NCBI GenBank assembly: GCA_964035545.1
Contig: OZ037769.1
Location: 11,810,633-11,874,632 of the forward strand
Source: Bugula neritina
Taxonomy: Eukaryota > Animalia > Bryozoa
Length of the DNA stretch: 64,000 nucleotides
Direction of reading: 5' to 3'
In this document: piece by piece, positions 52,140-64,000 of the stretch
How the letters are laid out: the number at the start of each line of letters is the position of its first letter
Position numbering within the stretch: position 1 is the stretch's first letter
Made by a program: the position numbers and the translations under genes
Notes under the pieces: model-generated
What the model saw: the letters and a program-made list of their open reading frames with translations, nothing else
Told to the model about the DNA's origin: nothing
Database searches by the model: none

Positions 52140-53760
52140 TATTTATTGCTGATTTAACTTGATTGATTGATTTATTACATATCACAAACATGACAACACG
52201 TTGCAAAATTCAGTGTAAATACTGACTATAACATAACTAGGCATGAACAAAATTAAGAGAAAAAGTCAAAACTCTGTTAGACTATTTAAAATAAAAGCTC
52301 ATTTAAAGTATTTACCAGATGTCGCAAGAAGCTATCTCTGCCCCATGCCCCTCTATATTTGATGGTTCGATATCTTCCAGAAGGGCATTGACTCAGAAAG
52401 TTATTGATGAAATGGTCATTGTCTATTACATATTTGATGGCAAGTTCTTTAGTGAGTTTCTGAATGTGCAAATCAATGTTTAGATACTCAATTCCGAGTT
52501 TTGAGCAATCTTTGAGAATTCTTCGAATAGCCTTTTTATCACTGGCATAGATACAAGTAAAAATAGTAGGTAGACAATAGGCGATGCGGGACATGATGAA
52601 ACTTTTGAATAACATATTTGCTAGAGGTTTAGAGCTAAGATACGCAAAATTCTTCACAATATACATTCTTCTTGATACTGTTGTTACTACTGAATGTACA
52701 TGTTCATAAAATCTCAAATTCTGATCCACTAACACACCAAGATATCTCACTTTTTCAGACAATACAATGTTTGTTCCATTCAATACGGGAGTAGGGGTAT
52801 GAGGTTTAACACGTTGGGTTGAGAACATCATCTCTTGGGTCTTGCTAGGGTTTAATAATATATTTAAATCATCACATTGCTTAGAATGTGTCACAGTTGT
52901 AGTTAGACATAACAGCGCATCTTGTGTAGAGCGATTTGTACGATATGCAAACTGATATTTGTCCATAGGTGTATGAGTTATAATGTAGTGTTTGATCAGC
53001 CTTTCCAGCATTTTGCATATACAGCTTGTGAGAGCAATTGGACGATATTGTTTAAGTAGTTCAGGATTTTTGACTTTAGGAAGTGGCTTGATCATTGCAG
53101 ATTTCCATGAATTTAGAGTTGTCTTAGATTGGATGGAGAAAGTAAACAGTTTTGTAAAGACAGGTGCTAGTTGATAGCAGCAGATTTTTAAAACTTTCGG
53201 GATGAGACCATCAGGACCTACACCTTTTCGTGAGTTTAGTCCCTTTAGCTGTTTGAGAACAGCGTCTTCTGATATTTCCAATGGAGGTGCACTGATAATG
53301 TTTCTATCAAAAACAGGCTGATGAGATATAGGTTTTTCATATCGGGCAAAGAAGGTATTTAGGTCATCAGGTGTAAATGGGTTAGCTTTAGCAGTAGTTG
53401 TCTTGCTGTGTGGTAGACCACTTATTTTCTTTATATCAATCCATGCTTTGGCTGGTTGATTTACTAATTGTAGTTGAATTTTCTCAGAGTAATTAAGTTT
53501 GCTGTTGGTTATAGATCTGGTGATGTCACGTTTGAGCTTATTATATAGTTTACAGTTTCCATCTTTGTGGGCTACTTGTTTTTGATAGATCATTTCTGTA
53601 ATATGTTTAGTAATCCAAGGTTTCTGATTGGTACATGTTCTGAAGCTTTTTGTGGGTATGCAGATATCTGTGCAGAAGTTTATATAGTCTGTTACAATTT
53701 CAGTTTGTTAATGGATGTTATCATCATCAGAGAGCAGATTATTCCAGATAGTAATGTAAC
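52140..53760 (-). mobile_element. 5'-truncated LINE (CR1/L2-group-like) with an internally deleted RT; ORF 52286-53593
   Basis: KPWIT upstream; GPDG, WK.A.I.PLPK, YRPIALTS..KMLER, QFAYR..RST.DAL, LNPSKT.EM, YLGV; FDT, PQG and YADD motifs missing; short TCAA tail. Confidence 0.9.
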
Positions 53761-54241
53761 TTATCAAGCAAACTAATTGACTAGTTTAATTAATTGTTAA
53801 TAAAATATTTATTTGAATGAAAAACATCACGATGGTTTTGTACAGCAGAAAACGGAAAAAAAAGATAAACAAGTATACAGCGATTCTAGTACAGCAATTA
53901 GTTAGTATATTGTCAAGTGATTGTTACGAATGTGATTAGCGATAGGATCACATGATTGTTTCTCAACAATAGATAATACAATAAAACTTTTAATATAAAA
54001 AAAGTTCTAATTGATCATTGAAAAAGTTCTTAGCTGCTTCGATGACTATATATCATACATTATTGTTGTGTCTTGATTTTCTGGTGGTCTCTAATGTATA
54101 GCAGCTATGCCACTATTTTACCATGGCTATGAAACGGTCTGTGTGTTATGTCAAATAGACCAATTCACCTATACTTGGATGATAATAAGTTTTTCAACTT
54201 CATACACACAAAGGGAAACAAGTAAGGCCTCCTCTGTACTT

Positions 54242-54663
54242 GAGTCAGTTTACTTCATTTAGTACACACCAGCAACTTATGACCTAACACTAAAGTTTGC
54301 TCAAAATCAATTGAAATTTACTATACATGGTATTTTTATGTGCTGGTTTTAACTACGCATAACAGAAAAGGCTGGGAGGGGATTCCCCAACATTAAAACA
54401 TAGGTCATTGTCATATGCACTTAATTTTCTATATGTGCGGACCGTTACGAAAAAACCGTAACGGTCCGCAACCAAAAACAGCTGAATAATTAGGGAAAAA
54501 CATGGGAAATGAAGCAAAATTAAAAAGAACTTTGATTATTTAGGTGTATTTATTGGTGTTTTACTAGTTTTGGCCAAAAAACCATGTTCATTACCAGCTA
54601 AATTGTGAAAAATAGCCAAAAACTGAAGATATCCAGTGTGTACTAAATTAAGTAAAATGACCC
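54242..54663. mobile_element. Probable MITE (~420 bp) with ~28-bp TIRs and a central hairpin
   Basis: GAGTCAGTTTACTTCATTTAGTACACAC / GTGTGTACTAAATTAAGTAAAATGACCC; TGCGGACCGTTACG-AAAAAAC-CGTAACGGTCCGCA at ~54436-54470. Confidence 0.6.
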
Positions 54664-55079
54664 ACATGCATGCCGGGAAAGGGAATATAACTCCAACGTA
54701 TCTATTTTACTAATACACTATATTGACCAATATTTTTAATTTATTAAAAGAATGCAAGCTCTACTTCAACGTTCATCAAATATTTTGTTGGCTTCCTAAA
54801 CTTAATATAAGCTTGACTTTCGGTATGCGTTATTGTTGCAAAAACAATGTTTTTCATAAAATAGAGAAAAACATTTGCAGTTCAGTCGTCTTAATATTTC
54901 ATATGCCTAAAACTGCTATATATTTTGAGGGTGTGTTTGTAGGTCTGTGTGTAGGTATGTGTGTAGGTGTCAGGGTTGGAGTAATTGTAATTTTTAATTG
55001 TAATTGGTTGCAATTTTTTACTTTTTTCAAGTAGTTAAAAGTGATTTGCAATTGATGTATAAAAATGTAATTGTAATTG

Positions 55080-55081
<2 letters not shown>

Positions 55082-55158
<77 letters not shown>

Positions 55159-55182
55159 TACATATATACATACATATATATA
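55082..55182. repeat. (TA)n microsatellite
   Basis: Read directly from the sequence. Confidence 0.97.
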
Positions 55183-55559
55183 AGGTCTAAGATAGCAATA
55201 GCTAGCTAATCTTATAGAATCAGCAATTTCTAGTAGCAGCTCTACAGAAGTGGAGTGTCTGCGATCTCAGCTTGAATTTACAGATTAAAAAGTAATAAAT
55301 TTTCCTTTGCGACTGTTTGTTCTGAACACACTGTCTGTGCAGTGAATTATAGTAACAGCATTGCTAGCTAAGATCAGCTTTTGATGAATGTATTAATAAA
55401 ACAAGAAAGCTTCAACGACTGGTGGCATACCGATACAGTAGATTTGTATGGGAATGCCTGTGATGACTGTGAGAGTAACAGGGAACGCCGTGTAGTGGTG
55501 CAATTACTCTGAAAATAAAAATATGTGTTTGGTTGCGGCAACCATGACATGGGCCTGAT

Positions 55560-57750
55560 TAAGGCTGTCTGTCATGAGATACCCCTGGCGGCGGAGACGG
55601 GGCCGATTTGGCAGCTGCCCGCTGGTTTGGTACTGAGAAAGAAAAGAAAGTGAGCCATCAGGTGCAAGACCTTCTGAGCCTGCACCTGAATGAGCCAGCT
55701 CATAGTAATTAGAGCTCTCCAGTTGCGCTGATTTGAAAAAAAATGTGAGCTGGAGGTTTTGTGTGGATTATTGTAAATTGAACAGCGTGACCATCCAGGA
55801 TGCTTACTCTCTTCCGGGTATTGATGAGTCACTGTAAGCCTTAGCTGGTAGCAAAGTTTTTAGAATTTTAGACTAGCTGAGCGAGTACTGGCAGGTGCCC
55901 CAGAGTTCTGATGTGCAGAACAAGGCTGCACTTATCACGCGGGAAAAGCTCTGGAAGTGGAAGATGCTGCCGTTCGAACTTACATTTGCTCTGGCCACCT
56001 TTCAGCGACTCATTAAGTAAATCATCAGTAAGCTACACTGGAAGACCTTACTCATCTACCTTGATGATGTCATTGTCATCTCCCCCTACTTTGACACTCA
56101 TGTCAGTCGGCTCAGAGAAGTGTTCGATAGGCTCCGATTTGCCGGCCTAAAGCTCAAGCCTTCTAAGTGTGTGTTGTTGCAGCCAGAGATCAAGTACCTT
56201 GGCCATATAGTTGCGCCAAGCTAGTAAGCATGGCCGCTCTACTGAGACCGTGGGGAGGTGTCACCTCCATGTCAGTTATTCCTGGCAAGTAGTAGCCGTA
56301 GATCTGGTGAGTCACATGCCTACATCTGAGATAGGTAGTAACTGGATACTGGTGTTAACTGACTACTTGATGTGGTTGACTGATGCTCTCGCTATTTCAG
56401 ATGTGTCGGTCCCTACAATCGCCAGGGCTCTGGATCAAAACGTATTCTGTTATTTTGGCTTACCAGAGCAGATACACTCTGACTAAGATGCCCAGTTTTA
56501 ATCGCAACTCATGAGCAATCTACGTAAGACGTGAGGGGTCAACTAGAGCCAGACTGCCCCATACCACCAGCAAAGGAATGGGATTGTTGAGCGGAATAAC
56601 TGTATGCTAGGCGACTCTCTGAGAAGTCTGCTACTGGGTAGAAGTTAGGGAGAGTGGGACTTGGTATTGCCACAAACTGTGCAAGCATACCATAGTATCC
56701 CTCACTTCAGCACACTAGAGACCAAAAACTTTCTCATGCTCGGTAGAGAAACAAGGGTCTTGAGTATTGAACCTACCATGTTCCAGCTCTGGAGAGCAGC
56801 GTCCACGTCTGGATGAGCTCATTACTTGCATGAGGATGGCTCACAAGATTTTGCGTGAGCAGCAATGGCAGTTGAGGAGTGAAAACTCTGATGACCTCTT
56901 CTCCCCTTGGAGGGAGGGAGATCGGGTCTAGATGGTCAATCTCTGCTGGCGGCGCAGACAGGCGGTTAAGTTACAACCGAAGTTTGTGAGTTTTTTGCGT
57001 GACTGAGGTGATGCCCAATCACATGTAAGGTGTAGAATCAATCTAGAATGAAGCCGTATTGGGTGAGCCCTGATGCAGCAGGGCAGGCTTTTCCCGTCCT
57101 GGAACCTACATGCCGCCCTGCCATGAGGGGAAGGCCTAGGGCCGGCAGAGAGTTGGAGGTTATTATACAGCAACCAGAAAATACGACTGAAGAGCCGACT
57201 GACCGGCCCCAGCTGATCCCACTATCAGTGAAGCCGGCCGACGCACCTGTAGTCTCCAATGAGATAGAGATCTTTGTAAATGATGAAGATAATAGAGCCC
57301 CCATACTTGAGACTCTACCCGTAGTCACCAGGTGTAACAGCACCCCCAGTAATGTTGGACTGTAGTCAACGTACTAGGGCTTCTCCATGTTATTTAAAAG
57401 AGTTTCTTTTGTGACTTGGTTGACAAACCACCGGCAATCATTGCAAAAGAAGTGTAGGGGGACCAGCAATTTAGATAAAGTTGTTTTCCCCAGTTAGCGT
57501 ATTTAATTATTTCAACTGGAGAACAGCGAGGGCGGAGCCAACCACCGACTGAGTAGACATTACATAATCACTCTCACTGCGTGGAGTGCCTGTTTCAATT
57601 GTAACTGTCAAAGTGACAGAACGCAATTGTGGCAGTTGACAACTACAAAATCCTAAATAGACAGTATAATGAACACTTTAACTGTCTTAAAGAGTGAGCC
57701 TACTAGTGAAATTATCTCATTTGATCAGAAATAGCCTAGTAGCCAACTAG
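55560..57750 (+). mobile_element. Degenerate Ty3/Gypsy remnant (RT joined by deletion to integrase), same family as 855-3230
   Basis: RHEIPL, FCVDYCKLNSVTIQDAY.LP.IDE, YWQVP, LIYLDDVIV, LKPSKC, KYLGH, then a jump at ~56210 to the integrase VAVDLV..WILVLTD..FGLPEQIHSD. Confidence 0.9.
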
Positions 57751-59022
57751 GGTCTCGCTTTATCATAATGATAGAGTTGAGACCTCTGATGTCGAGTGAT
57801 TTCACTAATTTGGAGTTGGGTGATGGCCAAGATGACTGGTGAAAATCAGGTGGTTGATTGATTACTTAACTCGATCAAATTGTCGTACTGACTAGGTGGA
57901 GTCCCCTACAAGAGATTATGTGATTCTATGAATGGCTACAGTTGAATCTATGGGCTCTACTTTAGGTGGGACTGGTCCCGATTCTCCAAGAATGCGGGGG
58001 CTAATAGATGTTCCTCCTGTCTCTTGGAGGAAGCCTCTGACAATGTCTTACCTACACTCCACCACACCGCCAGCCAAACAGTCATCCTTCAAGCTAGTAC
58101 CAGACAAGTGATAACTATGCAACGGCACTGGTAACTCTTTGGGAATACCCCAGCTAACACGGAAGACAATTTGGATCGCTCGAGGTCACTTATCCAGGCA
58201 ATAGTTGGCCAGGAACCGCACATTCTCTACTTCGATAGGGTTTGTCCTCTCTGTGTCTTAATAGCATTTTCAGAATGGACTCGACTCAGGGAACTTTTTA
58301 ATAGTAAACGAACTACCAGCTAATCTACATTTGTTGCATGATCAGACATGGAGATTGTCCTTGGCCCGGTCAGCTACCTCCGCTGGTGTTGGTGTAAGTT
58401 AAAGTACCTTACATGTGTTATAAATTATATTATACTCGTGTTTTATTCGTTATTGGAAAGTGTGTTTAAAGTTTATATGTTCAATATTATATTATGCATG
58501 CTTGTTAGTCAATAACTAATAATAGTATTAATAGTAATGCACAAAATTTTAAAACAATATTTCATGCATAATAACTTGTGAGCCTTAGGGCCATATTTTT
58601 AGCATTCCTAGTTTTGTCTAGTCCTTTGAAGGAGTGTTCTATTCTGCCAGTTTCTTGTTAGCTCATGCGGGCTATAGCCCTTTTTCTAATTCTTTCATTT
58701 TATTGCATGCATCACAGTGGCATTTGTCAATCTTATGTACAGGTTCATCTGCTCATGCCCTTAATGGAAAAACTTTATTTTGGTGAACTTTATGTCATCT
58801 ATTTTATGTTTTACTCTACCTTTTGCAGATATTGCCATGCAGTTGTGCGACAAGTTTTACCTTTTCTTTTGTGCATTTCGTTGTTTATTGTTCTTCAACA
58901 ATTTCCGCACTCAACATCAATACCAAACTGCTGTTGATGGCACTGTGTTGTATATCCTGCTCGTGTCGTTGGCTTGCCTTTTGATGGCTCTGGATTATTG
59001 AAAGCCATACCGCTTGATAAGT

Positions 59023-59342
59023 GGGGGAGGGGGGTGTAAAGATTTGCAGCTCTATCATAAGTGACAAAACTCCCATACTACACTCTGCTACATTCGTGGA
59101 GTGATTAAAGGTAATCACTATGATCGATCGCCAGACTACGCTATCTCCTATTATAGTGATCGATAATCAACAAGTTTGGATTCGCTAATGATCAGGTGAT
59201 CATTAGCACCTTACAACAGCTGCGTGTGTATATAAAGACCCTGATGCCCGGCCCCACTTTGTCTCGGAGTGTAGCTTGTTTAACTAAGTAGTTGCATTCA
59301 TGCTATCAATTATGTAAGTTATTCTTTCTTGTATTCGTTTCA
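59023..59342 (+). mobile_element. Polypurine tract plus probable 3' LTR (59035-~59342)
   Basis: GGGGGAGGGGGG directly followed by TGTAAAG; internal TATATAAAG; candidate end TTTCA; no partner LTR seen. Confidence 0.5.
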
Positions 59343-60236
59343 CTCACTATTGTATAATTTGCATATAATAAATCTTTCTCTATACTCGATACTCTGGATT
59401 GTTACTCTGCAAGCATCTTGTCTTAAATACCGACACTTATTGTGAACCCCATAAGTGCACAATAATATTAATAGAATAACAATTGTAAGATGCAACTCTA
59501 AATAAGTAATACAACATGCATGCACAGGATAAAAGATTATTATATGGTTTTGAATGCAGAAACAATATAAATTATACCATTATGAAAACAAAAAAAATAG
59601 AGAATATATATAATGCTGCAGAAGATGCGATTCATATATACTAAAACCATTTAGGAATTTATTTGATGAATATATATAACAAATACTTAGTGTTTTGGGG
59701 TTTTACAGTGTATGTGTAATATATCAGTTAATTATACTTGCATAAAGAAAATAGCAGAATCACTTACTTGTATATTAAACTACAAAATATAAATCACCTG
59801 AAAAATATATTATGCTAACAACATACAAGATTCAGAAATGTAATAAAGTTATTCATGAGCCATTAGAATGAGTCATCATATTCTTCTCATGTAGAGTTAT
59901 CTTTCCATGTCTCACATGTAGACTAGAGAAAATAGAGTCTACACATGTATTATATAGAGTATACTTGCTCAGTATGAGAGGTTATCATTATATTACAATA
60001 CAATCTAGCTGATAGCAGTTAAATACATCATATTGGAATAAGGAGTGGATAGAATATTACTGCAGCTAGAGGGGGAGGTGGGCAACCACTAGTGTAGCCA
60101 GCTGTCTGTCTATTAAGGGGTGCTGCCCTGTTGATGGGTGGGAAACGACCTCGAGGATAATGTTGTTGAGACTGAGCGTACGTTGGAGGGGGTTGTCTGC
60201 TGTTATGGTGACTCATCTCTTGTTCTAAAGAAGCAG

Positions 60237-60743
60237 ATGAGTAGAGTATAGTCTGATATAGTCATGTGACAGCAGCAGTGCAGTCACTTGTTATTTAGTC
60301 TCATAGCTGTAGACAGAAAGGTAGAGTATAGTGTGCTAGTGATGTGATGTCAGCATGCAGTACATAACCATTTGTTATTCAGGTAATGGCTAAAACAATT
60401 ATTGTTACTATTAAAAGTTACAGTATCCTAAAAAGCAGCTCTTGTAGTATTGTTTGTAAAATAATAATGTTGATATACTAGCTTTATATACGTGCAGATT
60501 ATTGTATTAACGGTCAGTGTGAAAGTAGAATTGAAATGCATCAGGATTTGAAATTATTTGAAGATGGAGACCGTGGAGCATTCTTATAGCTGCTGGTAAC
60601 TGTCAATACACAGCAGCATACCTACGCAGTACAGCTGACAGTGAAAAATATTGTTTAGCTGTTTTGGAGATTAAAATTGTAGAGAGATTAGCCTATTACA
60701 AAATATTTGGCAGATTGTATAAATAACATTATAATGTAATGTA
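60237..60743 (+). repeat. Copy B of the duplication shared with 1-530
   Basis: Colinear homology with indels. Confidence 0.85.
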
Positions 60744-61131
60744 ATTGTCATGCACACAGCAAGTGAAGTATCAGTATGAAAATGTGAGGATCTGTAATAT
60801 TTACAACTGAACATCACAGAAACTGAAGAGTGATATTGACCAGGAAACATATTGAGGATAGCCATGTTTCCAAATTAATCACTTTGGTTTGTAGAAAATT
60901 GATAAATTTTTATTAATAATAAATAAAACACCTTCTGCACAAAACTTTCTAGAATCAGTTTTCTGAAATTGGTATAGCCACAAATGGTATAAAAATCACA
61001 GAAGTTTATAGTTTCTATATACTCTGTGAGAAACCCTTGATGGAAAGGGTCTTTGTTAGAATGGGCTAAGGAATTGCTTAGATGTGGCACAAGGACAGTT
61101 GTGGCTAAATGATCTTCCTAACATCACCATT

Positions 61132-61204
61132 GGCCTTCGTCAATTAGTTCGAACCCGTGACTTTGTGCTCACAAAGCAAACGCTTTAATCCCTAAACCGC
61201 GGTG
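61132..61204 (-). pseudogene. tRNA-like sequence (tRNA pseudogene or SINE head)
   Basis: Minus strand GGTTTAGGGATTAAAGCG (A-box-like), a stem-loop, then GGGTTCGAAC (B box); no convincing acceptor stem. Confidence 0.4.
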
Positions 61205-62519
61205 TCTTCCTACAGCCACAAATGTTATAGCCATGCATTACCTCAATGTAAAAAAGTAAGTGAATTATTATATAACATGGAGTAGTAGTGAGAGTCATAG
61301 TCCAGATTGCGTAGTAATAATGATATTATATGATAATGAAGGTCATAATAACGAGGGGAATGAAAAATAAAAATTATATAGACATACGAGCCCATAATAT
61401 GGCAATTATAATAAAGCTGCAGTAATAAAATCATGACAGTCTACATATAACTCGAATTATCTGGACACTGAATCATGAGCATCATGTTATACAAAGATGC
61501 TATAAAGTATAAAGTTGTGCTTATACCTCTGCTGAAAAAAGTACCGAGTTTCAGTTAATAATGCTTGTCTAGGTACCCTTTTATAGTCAAACTGAAAATC
61601 GTTAAAATCATGCATAATGATGTGGAAGCTCACTTTTTAAATTTGAAATTTGACTCACCTAATCGCTATTTGATGTCCTTTGTAAATGTGAATTAGTGAA
61701 GTTGACAGCATAAAAGCGATAACTGAGAAGGCATAGGCGATATAAATATTAACATATAAGTACGATATCTAATCACTAAAGTCAACTAAATAACAATGTT
61801 TACAGGGAGTTATTATTCTTTTTGAGTACTATTCTAAAAAAAATTACAAGCGGCTCTTACAATGCAATGCAACTCGGAGAAAATATAACCAAATTGAATT
61901 TCTGAGCGAAAATCGTGAAGGTATAAAGGCAACTTTAAACTAAATAGTTACTGTATATAACCAAACAAAAAATTATCATATCATTATCAAATACAGCTTT
62001 GTAATATTGTGAGAGAAAAACAGTCATATAAAAAGCTGATCAATGAGCAAAAACAATATAATGTCACAACGTAATATATTCAATAGACCCTTTTCAGTGG
62101 TCTCCAATGTCTCCCTAAATTAAGAGTTGTGTCCTCCCAACATGCAAAGATGTTGCCTAAAATATGCTTAAACGCATTTTGTGGTTTCCGTTGCTGGGCA
62201 ATGCAGAAATAGCAGCTATGATTAAAGTCTCAATTATCATTTGTTGTCCTGTCTGTTATATGGCCATGCAATTTATAGCTGAATTGACCTTTCAACTCTG
62301 CAGTGGTCCAGTTTCACTGCTAGTTACATGTAATTACTCACATGCCTGCTCAGCAGCTTAGCTGTGTTATAGCATGTACACATAATTATACTTCGAAGAG
62401 TTTGTACTACATTATGCTCAAAGGACCGTCAATGCTTTACATAGTTTCATGTTATAGCCAAAACTTTTTTAAAAGAAAAATATTACTGAGAGAAGCAAAG
62501 CTCCGTTTAGGCAAAAATT

Positions 62520-62692
62520 TAATTAAAATATTTTATATAGTTGATTGATTTATAGCATATCACAGACATGACATGTTGCAAAATTCAGTGTGAATACTGG
62601 CTATAATATAAGTAGGCATGAACAAAAATGAAAGAAAAAAAGTCAAAACTCTGTAGGATTATTTAAAATAAAAGCTCATTTAAAGTATTTAC
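62520..62692 (-). mobile_element. 3'-end fragment of the LINE family at 52140-53760
   Basis: Matches 52160-52315 (GTTGCAAAATTCAGTGT..AGTCAAAACTCTGT..TTTAAAATAAAAGCTCATTTAAAGTATTTAC). Confidence 0.85.
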
Positions 62693-64000
62693 AAGAGGCA
62701 GACATCTTCTAATTCAATATCATCTTGAAATATTTTGTCTGCCCTATATCTTTATTGCTTGTTTTACAACAGGTCTAATAGTTTTATTTGAAAGTTTTAA
62801 TTGATTGATATGTTATACTTGGTGTGAACTTATCCTCGATTATGCATAACATTTTGTGACCCAGGATCAGCCAAGCCAGCTGTAAAACTACAGCTAAGTT
62901 TCAATAAGACTAGCTAATGTAGATATTTAGAGCATGAGAGGTTGAGAAGCTATAACCTTAAATGGTTTCACTGAAAACTCAAGCAAAAAGTTAATAACTC
63001 AATATTTTCAACATACTTTCACTGCTTCCTTTATCAGAATCTGCTTCATACTTTTCAACCAGAAATTCTTTCAGAAGCAATTTTCAGATAATTCAGTTTA
63101 CCTATGTTGCAATTTGATGAGTTGGGAAACTTGGGTTTTCAGGTTCAGTAGTGGCTGGCTTAGCTTGGCCTTTTACCTATTTCATTATATAACTATGTTT
63201 TAATCTACCACCTACATTAACTAGGACCTTGAGTCTACTGCAGCTGACAGAGATGACTACTACACACCAGTAGGTGCAGTAATGGAAAAGTTGAGAAAAG
63301 CCTGCGTTTCAGATTAGAAATGTAGCAAAAGAAGTTATGTTATGCGCAACACCAAAATTTAGAAAGAAATTCAAAAAACTTAGGCTATCTCAATTTCTTC
63401 ACTACTGCTCCTATAGGCTACTACAAACCACAGGCATAATATTAAGAAATAACAAAACTGTAACACAAAAACCTGAATGCCAACAGCTAAAAGGCTATCG
63501 AGGTTTATCTAGATATATTTATTTGATCACAATTGTTGCAAGTGCAATAGATGCATTTAACCTGCTAGAAAATTAAACGACATGTATTAATCCACATTTC
63601 ATATTCGTTTGATGATACAAGTTTAACCAGTCTATTTAATAATATATCTTATATCTAGTCATGCCTGTATTGGTATGTCACCCAGATGTATTGGCAGGCA
63701 GCCAATCATTAAAGCTTTCAAGCTTCAAAGCTTTCACCAGAGCTACTATTAGCTGGCAGAGCTAGTGCATTCACTGTACTGCATGAGTCAGTGTATCATG
63801 ATCAAACCGCCATATTTACACTCTTTGTAAAAATAAACTATCGGTTTCGGTATTGTGATGGCTAAGAATTTTACCTACGCATCAATATTGTAAGTTTATT
63901 AGAATTATAATAGTTCATGTCAATTTGTTTGGTTCTGTAATGTTCATGGTGTTCCTCTGAATTTTGATTTATATTGTGACTACTTACTTATACAATTTCT

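Noticed and set aside
62860-63175. Weak inverted similarity (AGCCAAGCCAGC / GCTGGCTTAGCT)
   Set aside because: Possibly an old MITE, but the ends and TSD cannot be defined

Overview
AT-rich invertebrate (animal) genomic DNA with spliceosomal introns and many (TA)n microsatellites, dominated by mobile elements. Two host-type genes can be reconstructed: a two-exon ~1073-aa nucleotidyltransferase (DUF294/GlnE-like)-TPR protein (5686-10408) and a nine-exon 453-aa SLC16/MCT-like MFS transporter (47433-51785). The centre holds a decayed 18.85-kb Polinton/Maverick (23376-42225) with both ends, AGTAGT termini and a CATGTA target-site duplication (TSD). It encodes an ATPase, an integrase split by a nested Kolobok-like element, minor and major capsid proteins, an adenain protease, a spliced small gene and a zinc-finger-led, 3'-truncated pPolB. 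A probable end fragment of a second Polinton-like element (12499-~15300) carries three genes with a shared MSP(V/L)YIF N-terminus, one of them fibre-like. Other elements: a Naiad-like Penelope element with an inverted 3' copy and minimal hammerheads, a long-TIR Sola2-like DNA transposon, two Gypsy remnants, a LINE remnant and several MITEs. The most striking unannotated signal is a ~270-nt hammerhead-ribozyme retrozyme family. It occurs as circularly permuted copies whose ends abut (TA)n/AT tracts, two of them in opposite orientations inside introns of the transporter gene. All calls were made by eye; no database search was run.
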